Assembly (NCBI GenBank): GCA_965261595.1 | Contig: CBDHDG010000006.1 | Coordinates: 288,001-352,000, forward strand | Length of the DNA stretch: 64,000 bases | Direction of reading: 5' to 3' | Source of the DNA: a bacterium | GTDB lineage: Bacteria; UBA8248; JACPRG01; G963555815 | In this document: positions 63,541 to 64,000 of the stretch, piece by piece | How the letters are laid out: each line of letters opens with the position of its first letter | Position numbering within the stretch: the stretch's first letter is position 1 | Notes under the pieces: model-generated | Databases searched by the model: none | What the model was told of the DNA's origin: nothing | The model's input: the letters and a program-made list of their open reading frames with translations, nothing else | Program-made: the position numbers and the translations under genes

Positions 63541-64000
63541 CCTTCCGATTGCGTCCGTGCGCGCTTCACGAGGCGGGCGGCGAGCCGGACGGCCTCGATG
63601 AGACCGCGCGGGTCCGCCTTTCCCTGTCCGGCGATATCGAACGCCGTCCCGTGGTCCGGGGAGGTCCGGATGAGCGGAAGGCCCAGCGTGACGTTCACGG
63701 CCCGTCCCCGCCCGAGCAGCTTGGCCGCGATGAGTCCCTGGTCGTGGTACATGGTGACCACGCCGTCCCAGCCGCCCGCCTTCCGGGCGAAAAGGGCGTC
63801 GGCAGGAAAGGGCCCCTCGGCAAGAATCCCCGCCCCCCGGGCGTCGGCGATGGCCGGGGCGATCTCCTTCTCTTCCTCCGCCCCGAGCCGGCCCCCTTCG
63901 CCCGCGTGCGGGTTCAGTCCCGTGACGGCGATGCGCGGGCGGCACCTGCCTTCCCCTTGGCGCAGCCAGCGGTCCAGCACCCGGATGGTTCTCCCGACGG
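63537..64000 (-). CDS. pdxA: 4-hydroxythreonine-4-phosphate dehydrogenase (5' end outside the window)
   Basis: GLNPHAGE, YHDQG, IRTSPDHGTAFDIAG. Confidence 0.95.
   Translation of the reverse strand, partial: VGRTIRVLDRWLRQGEGRCRPRIAVTGLNPHAGEGGRLGAEEEKEIAPAIADARGAGILAEGPFPADALFARKAGGWDGVVTMYHDQGLIAAKLLGRGRAVNVTLGLPLIRTSPDHGTAFDIAGQGKADPRGLIEAVRLAARLVKRARTQSEG

Overview
High-GC DNA from a diderm bacterium; gene content suggests a Deltaproteobacteria/Nitrospinota-like lineage, which is inference only. Main blocks in order: membrane-anchored sulfatase-like enzyme; DsbA/FrnE-like gene plus DUF3179; MarR unit; HtrA protease; polyferredoxin; FAH hydrolase; Tat-signal deaminase; Moco-riboswitch-controlled moaA; complete iscR-S-U-A-hscB-hscA-fdx-iscX operon; DEAD-box helicase; radical SAM gene; GAF/PAS hybrid kinase; LLM oxidoreductase; SCO1664/DUF3090 pair; 15 kb surface-polysaccharide cluster; panB behind a pan RNA motif and terminator; Y1/RAYT-type transposase; caspase/FGE-sulfatase gene split by nested IS1380/IS3 insertions; two more HtrA genes; pgi/pmi-lepA-lepB; rsmA-pdxA. 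The best signals are two probable selenoproteins the ORF track misses. One is a DsbA/FrnE-like protein with a C-x-x-U-x-x-C motif (TGA 2478-2480). The other is an Rv1681-like radical SAM enzyme ending Y-Q-U-A-stop, with a SECIS-like hairpin running into the 3' UTR (TGA 21555-21557). Also notable are a Y1 transposase bracketed by perfect 22-bp inverted repeats and linked to a dispersed REP/REPIN family, degenerate NeuB/NeuA-like proteins beside a WaaA-like transferase, and tandem mini-hairpin arrays. Many single-base frameshifts, several at G/C homopolymers, suggest residual assembly errors, so frameshift and pseudogene calls are provisional.
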